In this document: one piece after another, positions 44,891-54,757 of the stretch | Numbering within the stretch: position 1 is the first letter of the stretch | Layout of the letters: each line of letters begins with the position of its first letter | Program-made: the position numbers and the translations under genes | The notes under the pieces: model-generated | The model's input: only the letters and a program-made list of their open reading frames with translations | What the model was told of the DNA's origin: nothing | Database searches by the model: none | From: a virus | Taxonomy: Duplodnaviria > Caudoviricetes | Virus record (IMG/VR): IMGVR_UViG_3300014208_000024 | Coordinates: 64,001-128,000 of that record | Length of the DNA stretch: 64,000 bases | Reading direction: 5' to 3' (one strand)

Positions 44891-46075
44891 TTAGTTCTTT
44901 AAATATTTTTTAACAAATTTTTCTTCTGTGGTTTTGGTAAATTTTATAGCTCCATTTTTATATAAAAACATCACCTCATCATTAGTTAACATAATTGGAT
45001 CAATTATTTCATATTCAAGCATTTTATTATTACAAAAAGCCTTTCCAGCTTCTATTTTTAAAGATACTTTTTTCGTATTTTGTAATCTTTTCGGTTTAAC
45101 TTCAATCATTTTTTTATTTTCTATAATAAAATCTGCAAAATAATTTCGTTTTTTACCTTTTTCATCTATATAAGATATTTTAAATTCAGAACACTCGGCA
45201 GATTTCCATTGTAATTTTTCCTTTTCTATGATATTAATCATATATGAAAGTTCGTGAATACTCCTGAAAAACCAATCTTTATACCAACCACTCCAGCCAT
45301 TTCCAGCTCCACATGGAGGTGTTTTCCCAAACCAAAAATTATTCTCTCCGCTTAAAGAAATTGATAATCTTTCTTTATATAACAATTGTCTTTTTTCAGC
45401 TTCCTCTTCTCCATATTTTTTCAACCAAATATCATACAAACTTCCTTTTCCAAATCTTGGATTATTTTTTCCAGAAAATCTTTCTGCAAAAGATTTTTTA
45501 TATTCTTCACTTCTTATTTTTTTAAAAAATTTTTGCCGTTTTTCGCTTTTTGATGCGGTTTGTTTCATTTTACTTATTGACTCTTCTGAATGTGTCTTTC
45601 CGTAGAATGTGTTGCTTTTTCCTGTATGATTTTTCCCAAAAATAATGTGACTACATTTAGAACAAAGTGTTTTCTTTTTTTTTGCAGAGTTTCTATTTTG
45701 TTTATTTGTATGAATTATAATATCTTTACATTTTGGGCAAATACGCTCCCATTTAATTCCTTTATTGGTTAAAGCTATTTCTTTTTTGTTTTTTATACCC
45801 TCTTCTACATATTCTTTAACAAGTTTTTGATCGCTCCATATTTTTTTTATATGCTCTATTTGCACATCAGTTAATACTCTTTTGTTATATTTTTTACAAT
45901 TTAACAAAGTTTCATATTTTTTATTTAAAAAAAAACATTCTTTACATGAAACATTGTTTTTTTCAGCTTTGTTTCTGTTTTTTATATTAGAATAAAATAA
46001 TTCTTTTTTACATTTTGGACAGATTCTTTTATACATATTATCATCTATTGTTTTATAAATAGTATAAAAAATCAA
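44891..46075 (-). CDS. NUMOD3/Zn-ribbon homing endonuclease with TnsA-like nuclease domain
   Basis: RICPKC x2, NTFYGKTHSEE, FRSIHE..YFADF..IEVKP. Confidence 0.75.
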   Translation of the reverse strand: MIFYTIYKTIDDNMYKRICPKCKKELFYSNIKNRNKAEKNNVSCKECFFLNKKYETLLNCKKYNKRVLTDVQIEHIKKIWSDQKLVKEYVEEGIKNKKEIALTNKGIKWERICPKCKDIIIHTNKQNRNSAKKKKTLCSKCSHIIFGKNHTGKSNTFYGKTHSEESISKMKQTASKSEKRQKFFKKIRSEEYKKSFAERFSGKNNPRFGKGSLYDIWLKKYGEEEAEKRQLLYKERLSISLSGENNFWFGKTPPCGAGNGWSGWYKDWFFRSIHELSYMINIIEKEKLQWKSAECSEFKISYIDEKGKKRNYFADFIIENKKMIEVKPKRLQNTKKVSLKIEAGKAFCNNKMLEYEIIDPIMLTNDEVMFLYKNGAIKFTKTTEEKFVKKYLKN

Positions 46076-46102
46076 TTATCACAATATTCTCAAAAAAACA
46101 TA

Positions 46103-47119
46103 TTATTCCGAGCTAACAGCTTTCCAATATTTATCGAACTCCAAATCCCAACCATCTTTATATTTCTTTTTGTATTCATCAATTTCAGATTCTAAAATAA
46201 AACCATGGTCAGTACAAACTATTGCACCATTTGCTGCAACATTTGTTATGTGATTTTTTTCAACAACCAAAGCACTTTTAATTGCAAATGCAATCTTTAC
46301 TCCATCTTTTGTCGCCGTAACTTTTGATGACCTACTCATAATTCCACCCTGTCTAAACACTAATGTGGATGCTAAATAAATTCCATCTCCACCATAAAGC
46401 TCAAGCCCAGATATTGTAGAAGGTGGTTTTGGTGGTGATGTATATGCGTGATTTACAACAATCATTGTGTTTGTATATGGACATTCTTTTTTTCTTGTTG
46501 CATTTATTTTAGGAGCCAAAAGTCTTGTGAATTGAGCCCTTAAAACTTTTGCTGTTACCATCATTGCTGTTTTTCCTCCATCCTCTTGTTGTGAAGCCCA
46601 TTCAGCTTTTGAAGGTGTCATTCCTATACTGTCCCAACAAAACAATAAATCATAATTCAACTCTCCCTTTTCTTGCTGCCTCATTAATTTTAATATTTCA
46701 TCTACCCCATCTTCAATAGTTTGTACACTATCAAAAACAATACAATCGTCTTTTACTAATCCCATAGTTGAAGCTCTTTCCCAACTAAATTTGTGTTCAG
46801 TTAAAATAAGAACTGGCAAAATTCCTTGTTTTTGCGCATAAGATGCAGCTTCTATAATCATTGTACTTTTACCCGTATCACTTCGACCATAATTGCAAAT
46901 TAAATGAGACAACGGAAGTCCTGGAAGTCTAGTAACTTCTTTAAACGCTGGGCTCATATCCAACCATTCTTGCGGCTTATATTCTGCTTCTTTAATATTG
47001 TTTTTAGCCTTATATTCGCTAAGACCAGAAAACTTTTTTCTTATAACAGAACCCGCTTCTTCTCCGTTTGTTTGTACCTCTTTCAAGGGTAAATCATTTT
47101 CAATTTTTTTCTTTGCCAT
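46103..47119 (-). CDS. RecA/UvsX-like recombinase
   Basis: YGRSDTGKST, LTEHKF, CWDSIG, VVNH, GGDGIYLAS. Confidence 0.85.
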   Translation of the reverse strand: MAKKKIENDLPLKEVQTNGEEAGSVIRKKFSGLSEYKAKNNIKEAEYKPQEWLDMSPAFKEVTRLPGLPLSHLICNYGRSDTGKSTMIIEAASYAQKQGILPVLILTEHKFSWERASTMGLVKDDCIVFDSVQTIEDGVDEILKLMRQQEKGELNYDLLFCWDSIGMTPSKAEWASQQEDGGKTAMMVTAKVLRAQFTRLLAPKINATRKKECPYTNTMIVVNHAYTSPPKPPSTISGLELYGGDGIYLASTLVFRQGGIMSRSSKVTATKDGVKIAFAIKSALVVEKNHITNVAANGAIVCTDHGFILESEIDEYKKKYKDGWDLEFDKYWKAVSSE

Positions 47120-47142
47120 AATATTCTTTATGTGGTTAATAA

Positions 47143-47505
47143 TTATTTCTGTGCCTGATTAGAAACAAATGGCTTCCAATCATACGCTTTTTGTCCTTTG
47201 TATTGTCCATCAGGAATCTCAATCGTCCTAAGATAGTAAATGTCATCATTTTTCTTTTGTTGACCAAAATTCAAAGTTGCTTTACATTTTTTGCACCTTA
47301 TATAAGTGTAATCGTAACCGTCTTCTTCTGTTACGTGTGCAGATAATTCAAGATTATCACTTCCACAAATACCACAAACATCAACGTCATTAAACGATAG
47401 TTTTTTTCCTTCCATTACAACTTCGTGTAAATTTTTTCCATCAACCATAAAAGTGTGAGTTTCTTTTCCGATTTTTTTCTTTAGGTAATAAGTAATTTTT
47501 CCCAT
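47143..47505 (-). CDS. Zn-ribbon hypothetical protein
   Basis: CGICGS and CKKC pairs; TATATTTG at 47530-47537. Confidence 0.65.
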   Translation of the reverse strand: MGKITYYLKKKIGKETHTFMVDGKNLHEVVMEGKKLSFNDVDVCGICGSDNLELSAHVTEEDGYDYTYIRCKKCKATLNFGQQKKNDDIYYLRTIEIPDGQYKGQKAYDWKPFVSNQAQK

Positions 47506-47583
47506 ATTTTTTGTTTTTTAAATTATATGCAAATATAGTAATAAATGTTTATAAAAACAAGTTAAAATTCATTTTTATTAATA

Positions 47584-49212
47584 TTAATCCTCTACTACAT
47601 CTATTGGTTCACTTAAGTTTTTATAGTCATATCCGTTACTATAACTTATGCTAAAAAACATGTCTTTATAATACATAATCAACCTCGCTAAATCCTTTAC
47701 AATAAAAGACTCTTTTGGGTGAATATCAAACACAAGAGAATCGTGAACTTGAAATAAAAATTCACTTTTATAGTTTGATATGAAATTTTTTATTTTATAT
47801 AATTGATCTACTATAATTTCGACGGCTGATGATTGTAAAAAATTGTTAAAACTAGCAAAACCTTTTTCTGGCCTCACAATAGTTCCCCAGGGGTTTATTA
47901 TATACCCCCTTTCTTTAAACATCTCATTTAACTCATTTAACTTTTTAAGCAACGGGGCTAAAAATAATCTTATATTATAATATACCTCTTCAGAATTTTT
48001 TAAATAAGAAAGCTTTTGCATTACTGTGTTTTTTGATGCCCCGTATAAAATGTGATTATTTATACTTTTTGCAAAATCTCTATTTTCCTTGTAAATATGT
48101 ACATTTCCAAAAATTATATTTGCAGTATACTTATGAATGTCAATTTTATGAAATTTATCAATGAAATCTTTATCATCAGAAAAATATAAAGCTATCCTTG
48201 CTTCAAATGATGTATAATCGAATATAACGATTTTGCCGCCCTCAAATCTTGAGATGATGTTTTCCCTGTCTTTAGTTTTTTTATCCAAATTCTGAGGGTT
48301 ATATAAGCTATTAGCCACTATTCTTCCAGTTAAAGTTCTCTTATTGGAATAAGATACATTAACAAGCCTATTATCACCACTTATTTTTATGTCAACACCA
48401 TTTTTTTTAAAATCATTTGATACATTAAATTGCCTAGATGACAACCACTGGGTTATATTGTCTTTTTCACACGCTCTTTTAAGACTTGTTTTTTCATCAT
48501 CGGAAAATTCAAAATGAGAAACCTTACTCATTATAAATGGAATATACTTTTTTATTTCAAATCCAGGAATTATATTAAAATAAGACTCATCAACCTCTTT
48601 GCCGTATTTAACCCACCTAGCATTTTCAAATGTATATACACAATTTAATTCGTCAAACTCTACATAATCTGCAATGTTTTTATATGAAAAACAAAGACAC
48701 TTTGTTTTATTAATAAATCCAGTTATTATTCTTTTGTAGTTTTCATAAACCATTTCAAATGAATTTATATTCAATATAAAGTTTTTTCCATCGTTATGAA
48801 TATACAAGGACTTTTTGTTAAAATAAAAATAAGATTGTTCTTTTAAATTTAAGTTTTCTGAAATAAAATCTGAAAAAGTTTTTTTTTGAAACACTGGGTC
48901 AAACAAGATAAATTCCTTTGGGAGCCAACTTTTAACTGCACCATTTATGAATCTTTCAACTGTTACGTTGTATTCTTCCTCTTTTTCTAACTTGCTAAAT
49001 CCCCATTCAATATATTTACTTATTGACTTATCAAGAATGTTTTGAGATTTAAACCTGTTTTTTACAACAGACCACCCTATAATGAGAATTGGAATATTTT
49101 CCTCATATCCCTCATCATATGACAGACAAAGCTTTACGGGATATTTACTGACATATTCACGTAAAAATTCAAAATCCTCTTTTACTTCTGCTATAATTTT
49201 ACAAACATACAT
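47584..49212 (-). CDS. short family-A DNA polymerase-like protein
   Basis: RTLTGR, FDYTSFEAR (motif A), RDFAKSINNHILYG (B), QVHDSLVF (C). Confidence 0.8.
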   Translation of the reverse strand: MYVCKIIAEVKEDFEFLREYVSKYPVKLCLSYDEGYEENIPILIIGWSVVKNRFKSQNILDKSISKYIEWGFSKLEKEEEYNVTVERFINGAVKSWLPKEFILFDPVFQKKTFSDFISENLNLKEQSYFYFNKKSLYIHNDGKNFILNINSFEMVYENYKRIITGFINKTKCLCFSYKNIADYVEFDELNCVYTFENARWVKYGKEVDESYFNIIPGFEIKKYIPFIMSKVSHFEFSDDEKTSLKRACEKDNITQWLSSRQFNVSNDFKKNGVDIKISGDNRLVNVSYSNKRTLTGRIVANSLYNPQNLDKKTKDRENIISRFEGGKIVIFDYTSFEARIALYFSDDKDFIDKFHKIDIHKYTANIIFGNVHIYKENRDFAKSINNHILYGASKNTVMQKLSYLKNSEEVYYNIRLFLAPLLKKLNELNEMFKERGYIINPWGTIVRPEKGFASFNNFLQSSAVEIIVDQLYKIKNFISNYKSEFLFQVHDSLVFDIHPKESFIVKDLARLIMYYKDMFFSISYSNGYDYKNLSEPIDVVED

Positions 49213-49249
49213 TCAGCAAAAGTAAATAAAAAAATTTTAATTAACAAAT

Positions 49250-52200
49250 TTATGAAGGGGGAATTTTTCCTATTGTTGCAACTATTTGCATTACTCTTTC
49301 TAAATTTTGCTGCGCATAAGCATACTGATATTTGCTTCCAGTCTTTATTCTTACCAAATTACAACTGCAGGTCGGAGATCCAGCATACCCATAAATCATT
49401 TCCATTATTTTATCCCTACCTAAACTCAAATCCATATCAATAGTAAAAGAATTATTACATTGTATTTGTATCCAACACCTTAATGCAGCACATGCAACTG
49501 CATGATCGGAAGAATTGAATAAATAATTCCATTCCCAATCATATGATGTATCAAGTATTTTATCAATCACCGTCATCGGTTTTTGATATATAATAGTATC
49601 ATAAGTTGTATTTACTCTTGACACCCATCTATCAGTTATACTTTTTACAGTGGGATAACTTGTACTATCAACTGGTTGCTGCAAAACATCATCTCTTCCA
49701 AAAAGATATGGAAGAAATTTTTGAAAAAACACTCTCCCAGTATGTTGAGGATATCCTCTTCCTCTAAATTTATTAAAATCTGTATCTACTAATATGTTTT
49801 TAGGATTAGACGTTAAATCAAACCAAACGTTTTGTGGCATAATATGACCTTTCCAAACATCTGAAACGTTTCCAGTGTCTAAACCCAAACTAGACCTGTT
49901 TGTGAAAAGATTTGGATCAGCATGAGCAGTTTTAAATGTCGAATTGTTTTTTAAACTATCATAAACAAATCTGTTTCCTAATATTCCATTATAAGATTGT
50001 TTTCCATCTCCATCAAACAAATAAGAAAGCCCAGGATGCGCACGTTGGTATTTCCCATTTGCTGCAGCTCCCGTCAAACCTTCTGGATTTGTTTTTAAAC
50101 TATTGGCGCCTTCAGAAACTGCTAACCCACCGCTTTCACTAATTGATGTTGTCCAAACTGTAAATATTTCAAAAAAGTTTGCATATCCTTTTGGCCACAA
50201 AATAGGTATTTTTTCAAAAATTTTAGTATTTTGTGGATTTAAAAGAATTCCACTATTTAATGTATCTTTTGCCCAAACACCAACACCTTGCCATTTTCCA
50301 CCTACTTTTTGCATGTGCGTTGCATTGAAATATTCAGTAAAAGAATTAAAATCTGTGTTTGCTTTAAAAAATGCATCCACATCCGCCAAATTTGTAAATT
50401 TTATATCTTTAACCAGTTCTATAAACTTATCAGTAAGCATTAAGGGCGCAGTTATTTTACTATTTGAACCAGTTCCGTCTTCAGTAAATTCTCCTCCATT
50501 AATCGCTCTGTTTTGGTTTTTTGATTTTGGATATGCTTCAACATATTGAGATGGTTGAACCTCCATAGTTTTATCTACATTTTTTGTCAATTCTTTTAAG
50601 TCATCTAATGTAACTGGTGGAATTCCTCCGTATTCTCCATTTGCAGAAAACCTCATTCTAACCCCCTCCATTTTTGTTGTCATATTATTTGGACTTATAG
50701 AATGAGTCACTTTTAATATTTGATACAACCCGCCAAACATAGGCATTTTTTCAATATAAAAATATTGCATTGGATAAACTTGCGCATTGCCTATAATTTC
50801 AACAGTAGCCCTATAACTTCTTCCCTCGAAAACAGGTAACATTGAACAATCTATTGCCACTTGTCTATTTGTACTTTCTTTATCGGCAAGTCTTTGTAAA
50901 TTAATAATACTTTCAGCTGTTGGTTTTGAAGCGTCAGTTCCAACAGAAATTCCTTTTACAATTTGATTATCAATTGCACCAAATGCTATTGATATTGCGT
51001 CATTTTGAAAACTATAAGTTTTCATGTGATCAGTTATTAACTCTGAAGCATTATTGTTTAATTTACTTCTCGTCTCTGGAGTTGGAGTAAACAACACATG
51101 AAAATAATTCATTATTTTTGAATCTACTGGATTTGGATACGGTTTATAAATATCGTTTATATTATCAGAATTTGCATCTCCTGGAAATGGAACAAAAACA
51201 AAATTGTTTTTTGTACAAATTTGTTGTATTATATTTAAAACAGTTGTACTTCCATTAGGTTTATATAAAGGTTCTATGTTAATTATTGCATCTTCTACAT
51301 TTACAACCTTGCCGTTTACTGGGGCCAAAGGATAGTCATAAACAAACATCGTGTTTCCATCTGTTGGACTTTGTTCTTTTAATTTTTTAACAGGATCTTT
51401 TTGTACATGGTTTTTACAATTTCCATATTCATATTCTATACTTCTTGCTAAATCTACACCATCTGGAATTATGTTGCTGCAAAAATCTTGATTTTGTATT
51501 GATGTTGCAATAACCTGCCATTGATGGAATATAGTATGCATTTGTTTATAAATAAGATTTCTACTTTCACTTCCTTTTCCTATTACATTCCCAACAACTT
51601 CATTTCTTTCTGATTCTATCTCACTTAATCTATCAATAATAGATTGACACATTGCTTTAATTATAGCTCTTTGTTTTGCACTTCTAAAGTCTCCACTTCC
51701 ATTTACACAAAATGGTCCAAATACCAAATTTGGAGCACCCCAATCTCCAGAACAATGAGTATATGGCACAAAAGCTAAATTTTTTGCTTCTATTTTACCG
51801 TTATACACGTTTTGGTCATAACTTACAGCTGCAATTTTTTCCTTATCTTGTACTTTTCTTTTAAAAGAATATGAATCATAATCTACTTCTATAGTTTGTG
51901 TAGATGTACTTGGTTTTTTAATCACTTGATTCATAAACATATAATCTGCCACTACACCTTTTTCTATTGCTTCATTTATGTTGTTTACTCTATCTAACGG
52001 CTCACTTGAATCATCTCCAGGTTTCATTGCTGTATCTATAACAACAACTCCTACTGGATTTTTTGAATCAGAATGATTAAGACTTTGATCCATTTCTTCT
52101 TCACTTAACGAAGTTTTAGATTTAGCCTTATTAGAATCATCCAAATTTGCAAACATTATGTACCAATATTCATTAGTAACATTACTATTTATATCGTTTT

Positions 52201-54394
52201 TTGGTAAAAGATAATATAATTCATTATTTCTCACAATATAAGAAGATAATGATGTTCTATCTATAAGACCGAAATTTGTTGAAGTAAATGTTGGTTGACC
52301 ATATCTAAAACCTTGATCGTCTTCATTGTTGTTTGGTTTATTAAAAAATGGATCTAACATTTTTCTAATACTTGCTGTTGCAAAATTGGTTTTTTGAACA
52401 TTATCTTTTTGATTAGCAGCTTTTAATAAAATATTTGCAATTGTTTGACCACTATTTTCACTACCTCCTTTTGACACATAATCATCATAAGCAATTTTTA
52501 CATTTTCACTTGTATATTCATCTATAATAATAGTGTAATCCAAAATATTATCTTGAACTGGCTCATTTGAAGTTACAAGCTTTCCGCTTCCAGGTGACAA
52601 ATCAAAAAATGTATTTATATTATCGTCTTCGTCTTTTTTTGGATCAATAAATGGCTTCATAAAAAACAAACCATCGTTTGACAATAAGTTTACCCAAAAC
52701 CTACAAAATCTCTTTAATGCTTCTTTGTCTTCAAATGATAGTTGTCCTAAAATACTTTTTGTAAGATTACTAGTAATATCATCTTTTGCAAGTGATAATA
52801 AAACACTTAAATCATCAGCATCTCCTCCAAAAAAAGTATTATAATCTCCAGGAGAAAAAGGGTTTCCAGATCTTGTTACATAAGCAATAATTCCAGATCG
52901 TATTAAAATGTTTTCAACTATATTAGAATAAAATGGTTTCCATGGGTTATTAGAAATTAACTCTAAGCTGTTTATTGGTTTTTGTAAAGCACTATCGTCG
53001 GCTGAAACTTCTGAAACCATTTCTTCTGAAATTCCTTGTCCAATTGCTTCAATAAATTCATTTACAAATTTCATTTCATAAGCATCAGCACCATAATTAA
53101 ATCCATAATCTTTTATTGCTGGAACCTCTTCTCCATTATACAACGCCAATGGAAAATGTTTACCAATTAATTCTTTTGCATCAGCACTGTTGCGACTTTC
53201 TATATTTATTTTATCTGAATACCCTTGGAATCCTGCCTCAAGAATGCTACCAAGAATAAACGCAGAATCTCTTGCTATATGATTAAAAATTTCTTTAATT
53301 GTCATTTTTGATATTTGTGTCTTCGATGAAAGATAAGTTCTTTTCTTTATTTCTGCATCAATAGCCATTAAATTACCATCTATAATATCAAAAACAGTCT
53401 TTTTGTACAAAGACAAATCTTCGTTAGGATTAGATTTTAAAAAATTTCCATCCGAGCTAATATCATCATATTTAAAACTTTTAGTAATTTTAGAATATTT
53501 TTTTACATCTAAATCAGTGGGAGTTTTTTCTTTTCCCTTTGTTGTACTCAATAACAAAAAAGTATTTAATTGACTTAAATTATCACTGCTTAACATCAAT
53601 GAATTAATTCTATCTTCATCTAATCCATCTGGCTCTGGAACATTTAAGTTTGTAAAATTAAAAACACCTTCATTATTAACCAATCCGCTAATTGCATTGT
53701 TTATACTAATTTTTTTTGTTTTATATATTGTTTGAGCCGCACTATATCTTAATCCAGTTAATTGCCTGATAACTGAATCAAATTGATTTGTTGTTTCTTT
53801 TGTTTTTATTTCTACTTGTTTTCCAATTTTAACATAAGAAAAAATGCTATCTGTTGTAAAAGTACAATCTCCTACTTTAATTTCATTTTTTCCATATTTT
53901 TTAAACCTCAATCTTTTACATGCAAGCAAATATAAAACTGGAATATCAGCCATAAATCCCCACTGATTTGGTACAAAAGAACATTTTATTTCATAACTTC
54001 CATCAGAAGGTACAAAATTAACATTCGTAGTTTTTAAATTTAGCATCCAAGTTACTTCTCTTCCCAAAAAACCCTTAAAAGAAAACAAAAACTTTGGTGG
54101 TGGCCAATTAAATAAAACAGATGTGTCTATATCATCATTAGATCCTCTTTGTGTTCCAAATATTGTATTTCCATATAAATCTTTAAATGTAATTTCAATA
54201 GCTGGCTGTAAAGATGGATTTATTTCTATGTTAATATCTGTTATTCCAAATCCAATATTTTTTCTATAGAAACCTGTATCAAAAGTTTTTCTTCCAGTAA
54301 AATCATAAGAACTTCCATCAACGCAAGTTCTCAACTTAACATCCATAGTTAAGTCTTTCATGTTATAAACTTCTGGCCTTTGTAAATTTCCCAT
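49250..54394 (-). CDS. large baseplate hub/tail protein with C-terminal GH19-like domain
   Basis: EIIGNAQVYPMQYF..GLYQILKVTHSI..TT hub-type motif; FRGRGYPQHTGR. Confidence 0.65.
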   Translation of the reverse strand: MGNLQRPEVYNMKDLTMDVKLRTCVDGSSYDFTGRKTFDTGFYRKNIGFGITDINIEINPSLQPAIEITFKDLYGNTIFGTQRGSNDDIDTSVLFNWPPPKFLFSFKGFLGREVTWMLNLKTTNVNFVPSDGSYEIKCSFVPNQWGFMADIPVLYLLACKRLRFKKYGKNEIKVGDCTFTTDSIFSYVKIGKQVEIKTKETTNQFDSVIRQLTGLRYSAAQTIYKTKKISINNAISGLVNNEGVFNFTNLNVPEPDGLDEDRINSLMLSSDNLSQLNTFLLLSTTKGKEKTPTDLDVKKYSKITKSFKYDDISSDGNFLKSNPNEDLSLYKKTVFDIIDGNLMAIDAEIKKRTYLSSKTQISKMTIKEIFNHIARDSAFILGSILEAGFQGYSDKINIESRNSADAKELIGKHFPLALYNGEEVPAIKDYGFNYGADAYEMKFVNEFIEAIGQGISEEMVSEVSADDSALQKPINSLELISNNPWKPFYSNIVENILIRSGIIAYVTRSGNPFSPGDYNTFFGGDADDLSVLLSLAKDDITSNLTKSILGQLSFEDKEALKRFCRFWVNLLSNDGLFFMKPFIDPKKDEDDNINTFFDLSPGSGKLVTSNEPVQDNILDYTIIIDEYTSENVKIAYDDYVSKGGSENSGQTIANILLKAANQKDNVQKTNFATASIRKMLDPFFNKPNNNEDDQGFRYGQPTFTSTNFGLIDRTSLSSYIVRNNELYYLLPKNDINSNVTNEYWYIMFANLDDSNKAKSKTSLSEEEMDQSLNHSDSKNPVGVVVIDTAMKPGDDSSEPLDRVNNINEAIEKGVVADYMFMNQVIKKPSTSTQTIEVDYDSYSFKRKVQDKEKIAAVSYDQNVYNGKIEAKNLAFVPYTHCSGDWGAPNLVFGPFCVNGSGDFRSAKQRAIIKAMCQSIIDRLSEIESERNEVVGNVIGKGSESRNLIYKQMHTIFHQWQVIATSIQNQDFCSNIIPDGVDLARSIEYEYGNCKNHVQKDPVKKLKEQSPTDGNTMFVYDYPLAPVNGKVVNVEDAIINIEPLYKPNGSTTVLNIIQQICTKNNFVFVPFPGDANSDNINDIYKPYPNPVDSKIMNYFHVLFTPTPETRSKLNNNASELITDHMKTYSFQNDAISIAFGAIDNQIVKGISVGTDASKPTAESIINLQRLADKESTNRQVAIDCSMLPVFEGRSYRATVEIIGNAQVYPMQYFYIEKMPMFGGLYQILKVTHSISPNNMTTKMEGVRMRFSANGEYGGIPPVTLDDLKELTKNVDKTMEVQPSQYVEAYPKSKNQNRAINGGEFTEDGTGSNSKITAPLMLTDKFIELVKDIKFTNLADVDAFFKANTDFNSFTEYFNATHMQKVGGKWQGVGVWAKDTLNSGILLNPQNTKIFEKIPILWPKGYANFFEIFTVWTTSISESGGLAVSEGANSLKTNPEGLTGAAANGKYQRAHPGLSYLFDGDGKQSYNGILGNRFVYDSLKNNSTFKTAHADPNLFTNRSSLGLDTGNVSDVWKGHIMPQNVWFDLTSNPKNILVDTDFNKFRGRGYPQHTGRVFFQKFLPYLFGRDDVLQQPVDSTSYPTVKSITDRWVSRVNTTYDTIIYQKPMTVIDKILDTSYDWEWNYLFNSSDHAVACAALRCWIQIQCNNSFTIDMDLSLGRDKIMEMIYGYAGSPTCSCNLVRIKTGSKYQYAYAQQNLERVMQIVATIGKIPPS

Positions 54395-54706
54395 TTATCC
54401 TAAATTTTTTGTCGTTATAATTTTTGATGTTACTTCTGTTAGTACATCATTTTTTGGCCATGGAATTCTTATAACTGTATTGTCTGGAATATCAAATTCA
54501 CATTCATATTCTGGATTTGCCCATAAAATTAATTTCCAAAGAGTTTCATCTTCATAAAACTCACCAGCCATTACATCCAACCTTGTAAGATTTTTGTTAT
54601 ACAAAACCTTTTTGTCGGTTTGTCTTGTACTTATTTCAATTGGAGGCATTCCTTCCAATTTAGATTCAGCACGATTTATTAATAATTGTCCAAAATTAAA
54701 TGCCAT
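54395..54706 (-). CDS. LysM/tail-X-like baseplate protein
   Basis: TRLDVMAGEFYEDETLWKLILWANP..VIRIP. Confidence 0.75.
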   Translation of the reverse strand: MAFNFGQLLINRAESKLEGMPPIEISTRQTDKKVLYNKNLTRLDVMAGEFYEDETLWKLILWANPEYECEFDIPDNTVIRIPWPKNDVLTEVTSKIITTKNLG

Positions 54707-54757
54707 AGTTGTTTTTTTATAAATATAGTAAACTAAAAAACTAAACAAAACAGTTAT

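Noticed and set aside
39354-47119. Inteins or introns in nrdJ, DnaB-like and RecA-like genes
   Set aside because: Lengths are ordinary, catalytic motifs are contiguous, and I saw no C/S...HN splice motifs.
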